From positions 1-64,000 of IMG/VR virus record IMGVR_UViG_3300029288_000132: a stretch of 64,000 bases of DNA. One strand, 5' to 3'. Of the stretch, positions 1-8,095 are shown piece by piece. Under the pieces are notes generated by a model. The model searched no databases. It was not told the origin of the DNA and was given only the letters and a program-made list of their open reading frames with translations. Positions within the stretch are counted from its first letter, which is position 1; each line of letters begins with the position of its first letter. The stretch is from a virus. Its lineage: Duplodnaviria > Caudoviricetes. The translations under genes were made by a program, and so were the position numbers.

Positions 1-287
1 AGCTTGGCAACAGCTTCAGTTTCCCTATTGGCCGACTGCCGCATAACGAGCTCTTCGATAGTAGAGTTCTTAGCTTCCAAGAAGATTTGGAGCCGACGAG
101 CAAGCTCAGCCTTGTGGGCCTCGACTTCCTCGAAACACACCTTTTTCGCTTTCGCGAGGCGTGCCTGAAATTCAGTCTCCGATTGCTCTTTCAGCATGCT
201 TGCGTGGTTGTCGATGGCTTCGCATAATTGCGTTGAAACCTCGGCGGTAAGACCACATTTTTGCAAAAGCTGCTTGATCTTGTCCAT
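1..287 (-). CDS. Prohead core scaffold protein (T4 gp22-like), 5' part; runs off the window start
   Basis: Not in the ORF track. Manual translation from ATG at 287 (SD AGGAG) gives MDKIKQLLQKCGLTAEVSTQLCEAIDNHASMLKEQSETEFQARLAKAKKVCFEEVEAHKAELARRLQIFLEAK..., a helical E/K-rich sequence open to position 1, lying downstream of the portal region. Confidence 0.6.
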   Translation of the reverse strand, partial: MDKIKQLLQKCGLTAEVSTQLCEAIDNHASMLKEQSETEFQARLAKAKKVCFEEVEAHKAELARRLQIFLEAKNSTIEELVMRQSANRETEAVAK

Positions 288-478
288 TATCAGGTCAACT
301 CCTGTGTCACTTGGGAACTGGTCGTTCTGAACTTATTTTTGCTAAACACTATTAATTTCATTGTTTCTAGACTTATTGTTATTATAGAAAGCATCGAATA
401 AAGCCGGACATAACGCATCCAGCTAATATAGCAGTAATGGTAAACCGGACCAACTGATCTTCCTTCTTGTGTTCTAAC

Positions 479-742
479 TTAGACAGGAATTTCATCAGCA
501 TCACCTAGTATTTCGTCCATATTGCCAACCATAATCCATCTGGTGGGAGCACCACATACTACACACTTTCCAGATGGTTCAGTAGGTTCTTTATCGCCCT
601 TCTGAATCCTACCACCATTCTCGAAACCACAGATAGTACAAGTCCTCGTCCAGAGGATACCTTTTGCGAATTCGACTTCTACTTTTCCGGTATCGTCGCA
701 CTTATGGCATCCATCGATGCAGAATGGGCATTTAGCTTTCAT
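479..742 (-). CDS. Small Cys-rich zinc-finger protein
   Basis: Four CxxC pairs (CPFC, CHKC, CTIC, CVVC); TAAATA motif at 748-753. Confidence 0.6.
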   Translation of the reverse strand: MKAKCPFCIDGCHKCDDTGKVEVEFAKGILWTRTCTICGFENGGRIQKGDKEPTEPSGKCVVCGAPTRWIMVGNMDEILGDADEIPV

Positions 743-923
743 AGAACTATTTACGTTTCGACTTCTTCTGACCCCACCGAATGAATTTTTCTCTATCGGA
801 TGGATGTAGCAAGAACGACATCCGTTTGGTCGGATCTGCCTTCACCCAATGTCCTTCACTAAGCAGTTTCAATTTCATAGGTATGATAATTTTGTGGAAA
901 CATAATGCAACCACAGAGGACCC

Positions 924-1175
924 ATGATGATTGAAGAAAAAGCAGTCAGATGTGAGCACCTACAGGAATTTCTTGATTGTGAGCTTGGCGTTATCAAACG
1001 GCATCTAGCAAGACATAAATGGTTCAATGCAATTCCTGATGAAGAAGAAGGAATTGCCGATTTTATCAAGAAATATGGTTGGCTGATGCGTGAATTATAC
1101 TGCGGCTATGCATGCCCAGACAGAGATAAGTGTGATCTAGGGATGAAGGTTTATCCTATTGAGGTGGCGGGGTAA
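924..1175 (+). CDS. Hypothetical protein
   Basis: 83-aa ORF with SD-like GAGGA before the ATG. Confidence 0.6.
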   Translation: MMIEEKAVRCEHLQEFLDCELGVIKRHLARHKWFNAIPDEEEGIADFIKKYGWLMRELYCGYACPDRDKCDLGMKVYPIEVAG

Positions 1176-1536
1176 ACTGTCCGCCGCCCGGCCCGCCAAT
1201 AGTGATGTTAGTATTTGTAATCAGCCGCAACGCAGCCATTAAAACACTCGTTGCAGTTATGCCTGTGCCTGCGCCAAATACGCCAGAAGCATCGTAGTAA
1301 TATCCGTAAACAAGAAATCCGATGCCGATGCCGAGAAGACTCAAACCGACAATCATTGTCTTGCTTCTGTACCACGCCTTATATCCACGCATCTCCTTCA
1401 CACCATCAGCAAATCCCTTTGCCCATTCCTTGCGTTGTTTCTGGTCGGTATAGGCACACTGTCTTTTGAGTTCAACGGCCTGCCAACCTTCCCAATATTC
1501 AACAGATTTCTGATCGGTGCTAAGTAATGAAAACAT
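1156..1536 (-). CDS. Membrane protein: RMF-like N-terminus plus holin-like two-TM C-terminus
   Basis: EGWQAVELKRQCAYTDQKQRKEWAKGF resembles ribosome modulation factor; WYRSKT..TM..TM..LRLIT resembles small phage holin-like proteins. Confidence 0.5.
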   Translation of the reverse strand: MFSLLSTDQKSVEYWEGWQAVELKRQCAYTDQKQRKEWAKGFADGVKEMRGYKAWYRSKTMIVGLSLLGIGIGFLVYGYYYDASGVFGAGTGITATSVLMAALRLITNTNITIGGPGGGQFTPPPQ

Positions 1537-1982
1537 CAGTTCCTCCTTAGCAGCCTACGTAAAGGGCCTCTTACTGTAATAGTTTCAACGTTAGATTCAC
1601 TAGCCTGTGGCGCTGCTTGCGGCGGCTCTGGCTCTGGAAGACCTGGAACCGATGCCCAAGGCACTGGCGTATATTGTTTCTTAGCGGCACCAACAGGTTG
1701 TTCTGCATCCTTGCAAGGGCATGTATCTTCGGTGCAAGGTTTATCTGCCACAGGTGCCTTCAAAGGATTAACAGCTTTAACTGGCTCATCGGCAGGGACC
1801 GGTGGTGCTGGCGGCTGAGTAGAGCCTTGTTCAGAACCAGGTTTTGGTTTTGTTGGTTCGATAGGCTCTGTTGGCGTCACAGGAACATCATTCGGAGCCA
1901 CGGTATCAGCACTAGCATGAAATATGAGCCATATGCCGACGACTAGCAATACACAACCAACGACAGGCAATATCTTCTTCAT
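1536..1982 (-). CDS. Membrane-anchored or secreted Pro-rich protein
   Basis: Signal-like MKKILPVVGCVLLVVGIWLIF followed by a Pro/Glu-rich low-complexity region. Confidence 0.6.
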   Translation of the reverse strand: MKKILPVVGCVLLVVGIWLIFHASADTVAPNDVPVTPTEPIEPTKPKPGSEQGSTQPPAPPVPADEPVKAVNPLKAPVADKPCTEDTCPCKDAEQPVGAAKKQYTPVPWASVPGLPEPEPPQAAPQASESNVETITVRGPLRRLLRRN

Positions 1983-2239
1983 TATACGACCCCTTCATCT
2001 AGAATGACTGGGACTTCACGCTCTTCGCGCATTGGATATTTGTCTGAAAACCATTCAATCTCACCACATTTATTGCACTTGTGCTGATGATCATATCTGC
2101 TTGCCGGTCCCGAAGCACCGTTTGCAGGTCTGACGGCACCAGTCCCTATCATAGTCCCTTTACCACATTTACACAGTATACTATGCTTAAGCGTCTTGAT
2201 TTCGAACGACTGTAGCCGACTCTTTTCAATGACGACCAT
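1982..2239 (-). CDS. Small zinc-ribbon protein
   Basis: CKCGKG...HKCNKCG; stop/start overlaps with both neighbours. Confidence 0.6.
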   Translation of the reverse strand: MVVIEKSRLQSFEIKTLKHSILCKCGKGTMIGTGAVRPANGASGPASRYDHQHKCNKCGEIEWFSDKYPMREEREVPVILDEGVV

Positions 2240-2904
2240 TATATCCTGAAAACGTTAGGGATTGCCATCGTTCCGAATTTTGTAAACAGATTACGCCAAA
2301 ACGCACTACCATCATCGCGGTTGTATTTTTCTAATGGTTTTTGCCATTCCTTGTAATCAGGCAAATAACCAATTTTGCGTGCTGTATCACCAGAGATTAT
2401 TTGCACACCGCCTACTGCACGTCTGATATCAGTTAATATGAATTGTGATCGATCTATATCAACCACACTAGGTTCTATGTCCCCATTTTTCAGTAAGGCA
2501 CCAACCATTTGCATTTTCAATCGACGAGCAATACGATATTCATGCTCTGGGCGATATATGCCATCGTCTTGCGGCACCCATACAGCGTTCAAGCATCCAT
2601 CACCGAACACATAATCAGCGTCAGTGAACCATATGACATCGGCCTTCGACGATTTGGCGGCAAGATCGCGGCCTATTGGCCTTTGATACAATGACTGGAT
2701 CGGCATATGGATAAAATTCCATGTTATCCATGGGCGATCAATCACACCGAAATACGACAGCACCTTTGTTGTCAATTTATCATTGGTGGCGAACATAACG
2801 GTCGCAGTGACCGGCTGACTCTCATTGAGCACAATAGAACTTAAATGATAATTCAGAAGAGTAGCAAATCTCTCACCAAAGCAATGAGTAACAATCTCGA
2901 TCAT
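2239..2904 (-). CDS. Glycosyltransferase, GT-A fold (GT2-like)
   Basis: IWFTDADYVF DxD motif plus GGVQII. Start revised to MIEIVTHC (ATG at 2904), which overlaps the upstream TGA in an ATGA arrangement. Confidence 0.65.
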   Translation of the reverse strand: MIEIVTHCFGERFATLLNYHLSSIVLNESQPVTATVMFATNDKLTTKVLSYFGVIDRPWITWNFIHMPIQSLYQRPIGRDLAAKSSKADVIWFTDADYVFGDGCLNAVWVPQDDGIYRPEHEYRIARRLKMQMVGALLKNGDIEPSVVDIDRSQFILTDIRRAVGGVQIISGDTARKIGYLPDYKEWQKPLEKYNRDDGSAFWRNLFTKFGTMAIPNVFRI

Positions 2905-3062
2905 TTTTGGTACGTCTCTATCGTTCTGCCACACACACAGCATTTGAAGTAGTCTGGATTTGAATTTTCGAACATATGCGTCGGGTCTTTACAGACGTGG
3001 AATCCGAATAGGCAGAAGAGTCTGCCGATTATTGGGCAGCCACCGGAGACGCAGGCTATCAC
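2901..3062 (-). CDS. Small Cys/His protein of 53 aa, missed by the ORF track
   Basis: GTG start; MIACVSGGCPIIGRLFCLFGFHVCKDPTHMFENSNPDYFKCCVCGRTIETYQK*. Fills the gap exactly and its TGA overlaps the next ATG. Confidence 0.6.
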   Translation of the reverse strand: MIACVSGGCPIIGRLFCLFGFHVCKDPTHMFENSNPDYFKCCVCGRTIETYQK

Positions 3063-3067
3063 ATGGT

Positions 3068-4009
3068 TCATTTGTGACTATTCCACCATTGGACCGTTCG
3101 TTCTAGACCGACATCAAACGGCGTCTCGGCGCTAAATCCGAACTCCATACATGCTCTTTGTACGTCAAGACATCTACGTGGCTGACCATCCGGTTTGGTG
3201 AGATCATGAAAAATCTCGCCCTCAAACCCGACAAGCTTCGCGATCTTCACAGCAAGATCATAGATAGTAATTTCAAATCCGGCTCCAATGTTCACTGGCT
3301 CCGGATGATCATATGATCTGGTCGCCATCACTAGTGCTCTAGCACAATCTTCGACATACAAGAATTCGCGGCTCGCTTTACCGCTTCCCCACATAACGAC
3401 TCGATCTTCGCCTTTGTCTTTGGCCTCTTGAAACTTGCGAATTAGTGCCGGGATGACGTGAGAACTCTTTGGGTCGAAATTGTCGCCTGGGCCGTAAAGA
3501 TTGACCGGCAATAAGAAGATTCCATTCATGCCATATTGCTGCCGGTAAGCCTGCAACATTACAAGCAATGCTTTTTTCGCAATTCCATATGGTGCGTTTG
3601 TTTCTTCTGGGTAGCCGTTCCATAGGTCTTCTTCGCGGAATGGGACTTTTGTATGTTTCGGATAAGCACAAATGGTACCAACTTGAACGAACTTCTTAAC
3701 CTTGCTGCGTCGCGCGTGCTCGATTAAGTGCACGCCCATTATCATATTATGGTAAAAGAATTTACCAGGGTTTTCTCGGTTTGCTCCGATGCCACCAACA
3801 AGAGCCGCAAGATGCACAACTACATCTGGTTTGAGATCGTGATACATCCGCGACACACTATTTTCATAGATGAGATTGTAGTCCTCGATTCCCGGTGTCA
3901 GTAAATTCTTGTCTGGTACGCCAGCCAAGCGGAATATGGCTTGTACATTCTTTCCAAGGAAGCCAGCAGCACCAGTTATTAAGATACGGTCATTTGCAAA
4001 ATCAATCAT
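3068..4009 (-). CDS. fcl: GDP-L-fucose synthase
   Basis: [55 protein letters not shown]. Confidence 0.95.
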   Translation of the reverse strand: MIDFANDRILITGAAGFLGKNVQAIFRLAGVPDKNLLTPGIEDYNLIYENSVSRMYHDLKPDVVVHLAALVGGIGANRENPGKFFYHNMIMGVHLIEHARRSKVKKFVQVGTICAYPKHTKVPFREEDLWNGYPEETNAPYGIAKKALLVMLQAYRQQYGMNGIFLLPVNLYGPGDNFDPKSSHVIPALIRKFQEAKDKGEDRVVMWGSGKASREFLYVEDCARALVMATRSYDHPEPVNIGAGFEITIYDLAVKIAKLVGFEGEIFHDLTKPDGQPRRCLDVQRACMEFGFSAETPFDVGLERTVQWWNSHK

Positions 4010-5019
4010 GATCTCTTGGAGTCTCGTAAGATCTTCTCAGATCGAGCCAATTCCATATCGTGCTCGACCATCATTTTCACTAGCTGCTTGAAGGTAACTT
4101 TGGGCTCCCATCCAAGCACTTGCCTAGCCTTAGAAGAATCACCAAGCAATAAATCAACCTCTGTCGGTCGAAAATATCGTGGATCTATTTCGACATACTT
4201 ATGCCAATCTAAATCGAGTAAAGCAAATGCCTCTTCGACAAATTCTCGAACTGATCTGGTCTCGCCTGCGGAGATTACGTAGTCGCCGGGGACGTTGTGT
4301 TGCAGCATGAGCCACATGGCTTCGACATAATCGCCAGCATATCCCCAATCTCTCTTGGCATCTAAGTTACCAAGAAATAGCTTGTCCTGTAGTCCTAGCT
4401 TGATACGAGTCGCTGCACGTGTTACTTTCCTAGTGACAAATGTCTCACCACGTTTGGGGCCTGTGTGATTGAAAAGTGTGCCATTACAAGCGAACATGTC
4501 ATAGGCTTCACGATAGTTGACTGTCTGCCAGTAAGCACATGCTTTAGCACACCCATATGGACTACGCGGATAAAACGGCGTTGATTCTGTTTGCGGCGTT
4601 TCAACAACCTTACCGTACATCTCACTGCTGGAAGCTTGGTAAAATCTTATGCTCTTGTTTGTGGACCTTATAGCTTCCAATAGCCTAATTGTACCCATGG
4701 CTATAGTCTGCGTAGTATAAACTGGTATGTCAAAGCTCACACGCACATGGCTCTGGGCTGCCAGATTGTATACCTCATCTGGCATTATCTCTTTTATCAG
4801 AAACGATAATGACGAGCTATCTGCCATATCGCCGTAGTGCAAGAACATCCTTGCATCTTTGTTATGCGGGTCCTGATACATAGATTCAATACGCTCAGTA
4901 TTGAAGCTACTCGAACGACGTATCAGGCCGTGAACTTCATAACCTTTGGAGATAAGAAGTTCACATAGATGTGCACCGTCTTGACCGGTTATACCGGTGA
5001 TCATCGCCTTCTTAGACAT
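4006..5019 (-). CDS. gmd: GDP-mannose 4,6-dehydratase
   Basis: [54 protein letters not shown]. Confidence 0.97.
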   Translation of the reverse strand: MSKKAMITGITGQDGAHLCELLISKGYEVHGLIRRSSSFNTERIESMYQDPHNKDARMFLHYGDMADSSSLSFLIKEIMPDEVYNLAAQSHVRVSFDIPVYTTQTIAMGTIRLLEAIRSTNKSIRFYQASSSEMYGKVVETPQTESTPFYPRSPYGCAKACAYWQTVNYREAYDMFACNGTLFNHTGPKRGETFVTRKVTRAATRIKLGLQDKLFLGNLDAKRDWGYAGDYVEAMWLMLQHNVPGDYVISAGETRSVREFVEEAFALLDLDWHKYVEIDPRYFRPTEVDLLLGDSSKARQVLGWEPKVTFKQLVKMMVEHDMELARSEKILRDSKRS

Positions 5020-5030
5020 GGTTCCTCAGC

Positions 5031-5795
5031 TTAGCCAGCTAAGGTCATACCACGAAGCACGAATGAACCCATTGACGGGATGGCCCTTGATCCTGCGAGC
5101 CATGCATCATTACCTGGGCCATGAGAATTCGGAGTATGGACCTCGATCTTGCCGTTATTGACTCGCAGCATATCAAGAAACACGGCGTGACGCCACCAAT
5201 CGTAACCCACGTAGCAGCCCCATCCTTGGAGCAGAGCAGTTATAGTCTCGGCCCAAACGTCATTACCACCAAGATCCCACCACTCCTGCGGCATGTAGTT
5301 CTGCCGCTCGTCCTTATAACTCGGATTCCATTGTGATGGGCTGATTTTGTGCTGTGGAACAGTTGCCCGTGTCGCAATACCATTCGTCGAAGCGTATTCC
5401 AATGCACGATCAAGATAATAACCGGCATTGCGATATCCAGTGCATTCAGCCAATGATTCTGGCGACAACTGCACGAACTGCTGACCCATCGCATGACGAA
5501 CAGACATACATGTTTGAGACAAACTGTATGCCCAACAAAAGCCAAAACCATTCTGGTAGTCGGCGTTCGGGTCACTCTTCCATCTCTGCCCAATGAAAGC
5601 ACCCGCTGCCGTCATTTGTGCAATTCGGTCCTTCCATTCACTCTCAGGAATGAGCGGGACATGCTCCGCAAAGACCGGCGCACATACAAGATCGCCAATT
5701 TGCGTTTGCCGTGGCAATGCACCAAAAGTAAAGCCAGCAGCTTCACTCTCGGCTACAACATCAGCGAAATTGTCGTCATTAATATATAAGCTCAT
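5031..5795 (-). CDS. Papain-like (C1A) cysteine peptidase
   Basis: QNGFGFCWAYS (oxyanion Gln, catalytic Cys), LSPESL, WRHAV (His), PNSHG (Asn). Confidence 0.8.
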   Translation of the reverse strand: MSLYINDDNFADVVAESEAAGFTFGALPRQTQIGDLVCAPVFAEHVPLIPESEWKDRIAQMTAAGAFIGQRWKSDPNADYQNGFGFCWAYSLSQTCMSVRHAMGQQFVQLSPESLAECTGYRNAGYYLDRALEYASTNGIATRATVPQHKISPSQWNPSYKDERQNYMPQEWWDLGGNDVWAETITALLQGWGCYVGYDWWRHAVFLDMLRVNNGKIEVHTPNSHGPGNDAWLAGSRAIPSMGSFVLRGMTLAG

Positions 5796-6178
5796 GGTTT
5801 GCCTGCGGCTTTCTTAAGTGCGTCCAATTTCGACGGGCATGGCATCGTGGTAATTTTCCCACCGGGCCATTTCAAAGCCAGAATTGGAAGTGGTTGATCA
5901 CCAACAGCGTCAAGAAACGGTTGTGCTTCGGCGGATGGCTTTTTAGCCTTCCCTAGCACATCCTTATCCCATACCGATATACCGAGCTTCTCAGCACCGG
6001 CAAACAACTCGACCCACTCCTCTGATAGTGGTTTGTCGACTTTGGTCTCACGCAAGATCACAGCCCTCTCTGGAACCCCAGTAGAGCCAAAGGGAATTAC
6101 GTCAGGCTTGACGATCATCGTCAAACCGATAGCGAGAAACAAGACGATGATGATTGGCGGCAGTACTTTCTTCGTCAT
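5792..6178 (-). CDS. Membrane-anchored hypothetical protein
   Basis: N-terminal TM segment, then a soluble domain (LPILALKW...PCP). Confidence 0.6.
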   Translation of the reverse strand: MTKKVLPPIIIVLFLAIGLTMIVKPDVIPFGSTGVPERAVILRETKVDKPLSEEWVELFAGAEKLGISVWDKDVLGKAKKPSAEAQPFLDAVGDQPLPILALKWPGGKITTMPCPSKLDALKKAAGKP

Positions 6179-6549
6179 TGGACCGGAACCTCCACAACAG
6201 TGCCGTCAGTAGTTGTGATTTTTGCTGTCTTAGCAACAACAGGTGTCGTGGTCGTAGTATCGGCAGTCTGTGCAGTCTTCCATGCTGCAATTGCACCTTG
6301 CCAGAGTGTATCTGCAAGGATGTCACATGCCTTGACTGCATCTGGCGATGCTTTCACGACATCGATCTTGCTCAATAGTTCAACATAGCCAAGATTGGCT
6401 GTCAGGGTTGCCGTATCAAGTGCAGCACTAACAATCTTGCCTCCTGTGGTTTGGCCGATTGTAGAGCCCTTGCCCCATGTAATCCATACCCAAACTGCAA
6501 GTGCGACTAATGCTAGTGCAACAACTACTACACCAATAAGCTGCGTCAT
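6175..6549 (-). CDS. Membrane-anchored hypothetical protein
   Basis: N-terminal TM; GTGA overlap with the downstream gene. Confidence 0.6.
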   Translation of the reverse strand: MTQLIGVVVVALALVALAVWVWITWGKGSTIGQTTGGKIVSAALDTATLTANLGYVELLSKIDVVKASPDAVKACDILADTLWQGAIAAWKTAQTADTTTTTPVVAKTAKITTTDGTVVEVPVQ

Positions 6550-6587
6550 GGTATCACCCTCTATCGGTTAGGTTAACCAAGTGGGAA

Positions 6588-7559
6588 TCATTTGCGACGA
6601 CCACTCTTCTTCCAAATCCCAAGATTTTTCTTTTTCGCTTCGTCTTCGAATGTCTTCCATTCCTTTGGAGCTTCTGGTAGTAACTTTGCCATGCCTAGCC
6701 GTACTTGTTCAGTGTTCAGGCATTGGCCATATGCGCTGTATACCAATCCTACATATAATCGTGCTTCTAGCGGCTCTACTGGATATTCGCCACTACCGTC
6801 ACATTCAAGGCATTTTATCTTCTGCGGTTGATCCGGCTTTACCGCTATAATATTCTTTAGTTGTTGTGCTAAAAATGGACACGGCCCGTTTAATTCCTGG
6901 CATTCTTTACATCCATTCTCACCTATATGTCTCAGTATGGCCGCTTCGCACTGATCGACAGTATCATAATTGAGTTTTAGCCTACCAGTACCCTTGCACT
7001 CTGGGCATTTCGGATCTCTCTGGCAGAAGTAGCATACGACTACACAAGTATCCCAAATTTCGCCGGTGCCCTTACATGCATCGCATTTTACGGTTTCTGC
7101 TTCTTTTGGCTCATCGGGAGTAGCAGAAACAGGCTTAATCGGGTTAACTAGTGGCTTTTTAAATAGCCCCTCGTATGGAACACGAATCACATTACCCGCA
7201 AGACGTTCAAGAGATGAACGACTTTCATCAGCAAGATCGTTAGATGGTGCAGCAATAAATGATAAATTTACTGTCTTGGTACGTCTTCCACGAGAACCCA
7301 GACTGCATTCGAGACTAGTGCCGGTAAGTGCACTAGATACTTTTAATTCCTGCCACTTAATTGGCTTCGGATCACGGTGTTTACTGAAAAAGAAGTCACG
7401 GCAAGAGCCGCCATAAAATGTCAACCCACCGAGAAAGAAAATCACCAGGCAAGCCCAAACTTGCCAGGGGATAGCAGCTACAATCTTAGCGATTACATTG
7501 AAAATAGCACCAAAAATCGCCATTATACCTGTAAGCATATAGCCCTCAGATAATGTCAA
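6588..7559 (-). CDS. Thermonuclease (SNase)-fold protein with inserted DnaJ-type Cys-rich zinc region
   Basis: N-terminal TM; SNase-like ending LNTEQVRLGMAK...EDEAKKKNLGIW; CxxCxGxG repeats (CDACKGTG, CPECKGTG, CLECDGSG). True start probably ATG at 7538. Confidence 0.7.
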   Translation of the reverse strand: MTLSEGYMLTGIMAIFGAIFNVIAKIVAAIPWQVWACLVIFFLGGLTFYGGSCRDFFFSKHRDPKPIKWQELKVSSALTGTSLECSLGSRGRRTKTVNLSFIAAPSNDLADESRSSLERLAGNVIRVPYEGLFKKPLVNPIKPVSATPDEPKEAETVKCDACKGTGEIWDTCVVVCYFCQRDPKCPECKGTGRLKLNYDTVDQCEAAILRHIGENGCKECQELNGPCPFLAQQLKNIIAVKPDQPQKIKCLECDGSGEYPVEPLEARLYVGLVYSAYGQCLNTEQVRLGMAKLLPEAPKEWKTFEDEAKKKNLGIWKKSGRRK

Positions 7560-7591
7560 AATTATTTACTATCCGAATCGCTATATATTTG

Positions 7592-8095
7592 CTAAGAAAG
7601 CAACGCTCGATTGAGAGAGCGTTCAAAATGCGATTCGCCCAGAGAATCGTGGTAGATGTAATTATCCACAGGATTCTTGTCGATGATATCTTGCTCTACT
7701 AGCTGGAACAACACCTGACTAGCCTCAGGTGATAGTTTGCCACGATGGCGTTTATCACCATATTCGATGTTGTATTCGATAGGGCCAGCTAATCTGAATT
7801 CAGCGTCGACATCAGCCGGTGTGTCATGGCTGCCTTCGTAATAGGCACCAGACGTTAGCCAATCCACAGAAAAAGAAATTAACAGTTGGCTAGCTCGAAA
7901 CCTTCGTCCAACAACACGTCTGAGTACCGGGAATAGCTCGCGTTGAACTACTCCCGGTACCTCATTGTCGTTCTCTAGGTACAAAACCCCACCATCGAGA
8001 TAGACATTGTATGACGAGTCACCGGGAATATTATTCCAGCTCTTTGGCATGATGCTAGATTCTGTTCTCACCAGCTTTGACGGGCTTAAGATCAC
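7592..8095 (-). CDS. Hypothetical protein
   Basis: ORF directly downstream of the giant acidic protein; true start probably MPKSW. Confidence 0.55.
   Translation of the reverse strand: MILSPSKLVRTESSIMPKSWNNIPGDSSYNVYLDGGVLYLENDNEVPGVVQRELFPVLRRVVGRRFRASQLLISFSVDWLTSGAYYEGSHDTPADVDAEFRLAGPIEYNIEYGDKRHRGKLSPEASQVLFQLVEQDIIDKNPVDNYIYHDSLGESHFERSLNRALLS

Noticed and set aside
288-478. Tiny minus-strand ORFs (23 aa hydrophobic, 42 aa) or an ncRNA upstream of the scaffold gene
   Set aside because: Too short with no recognisable motif; the region is adequately explained as terminator/promoter space.
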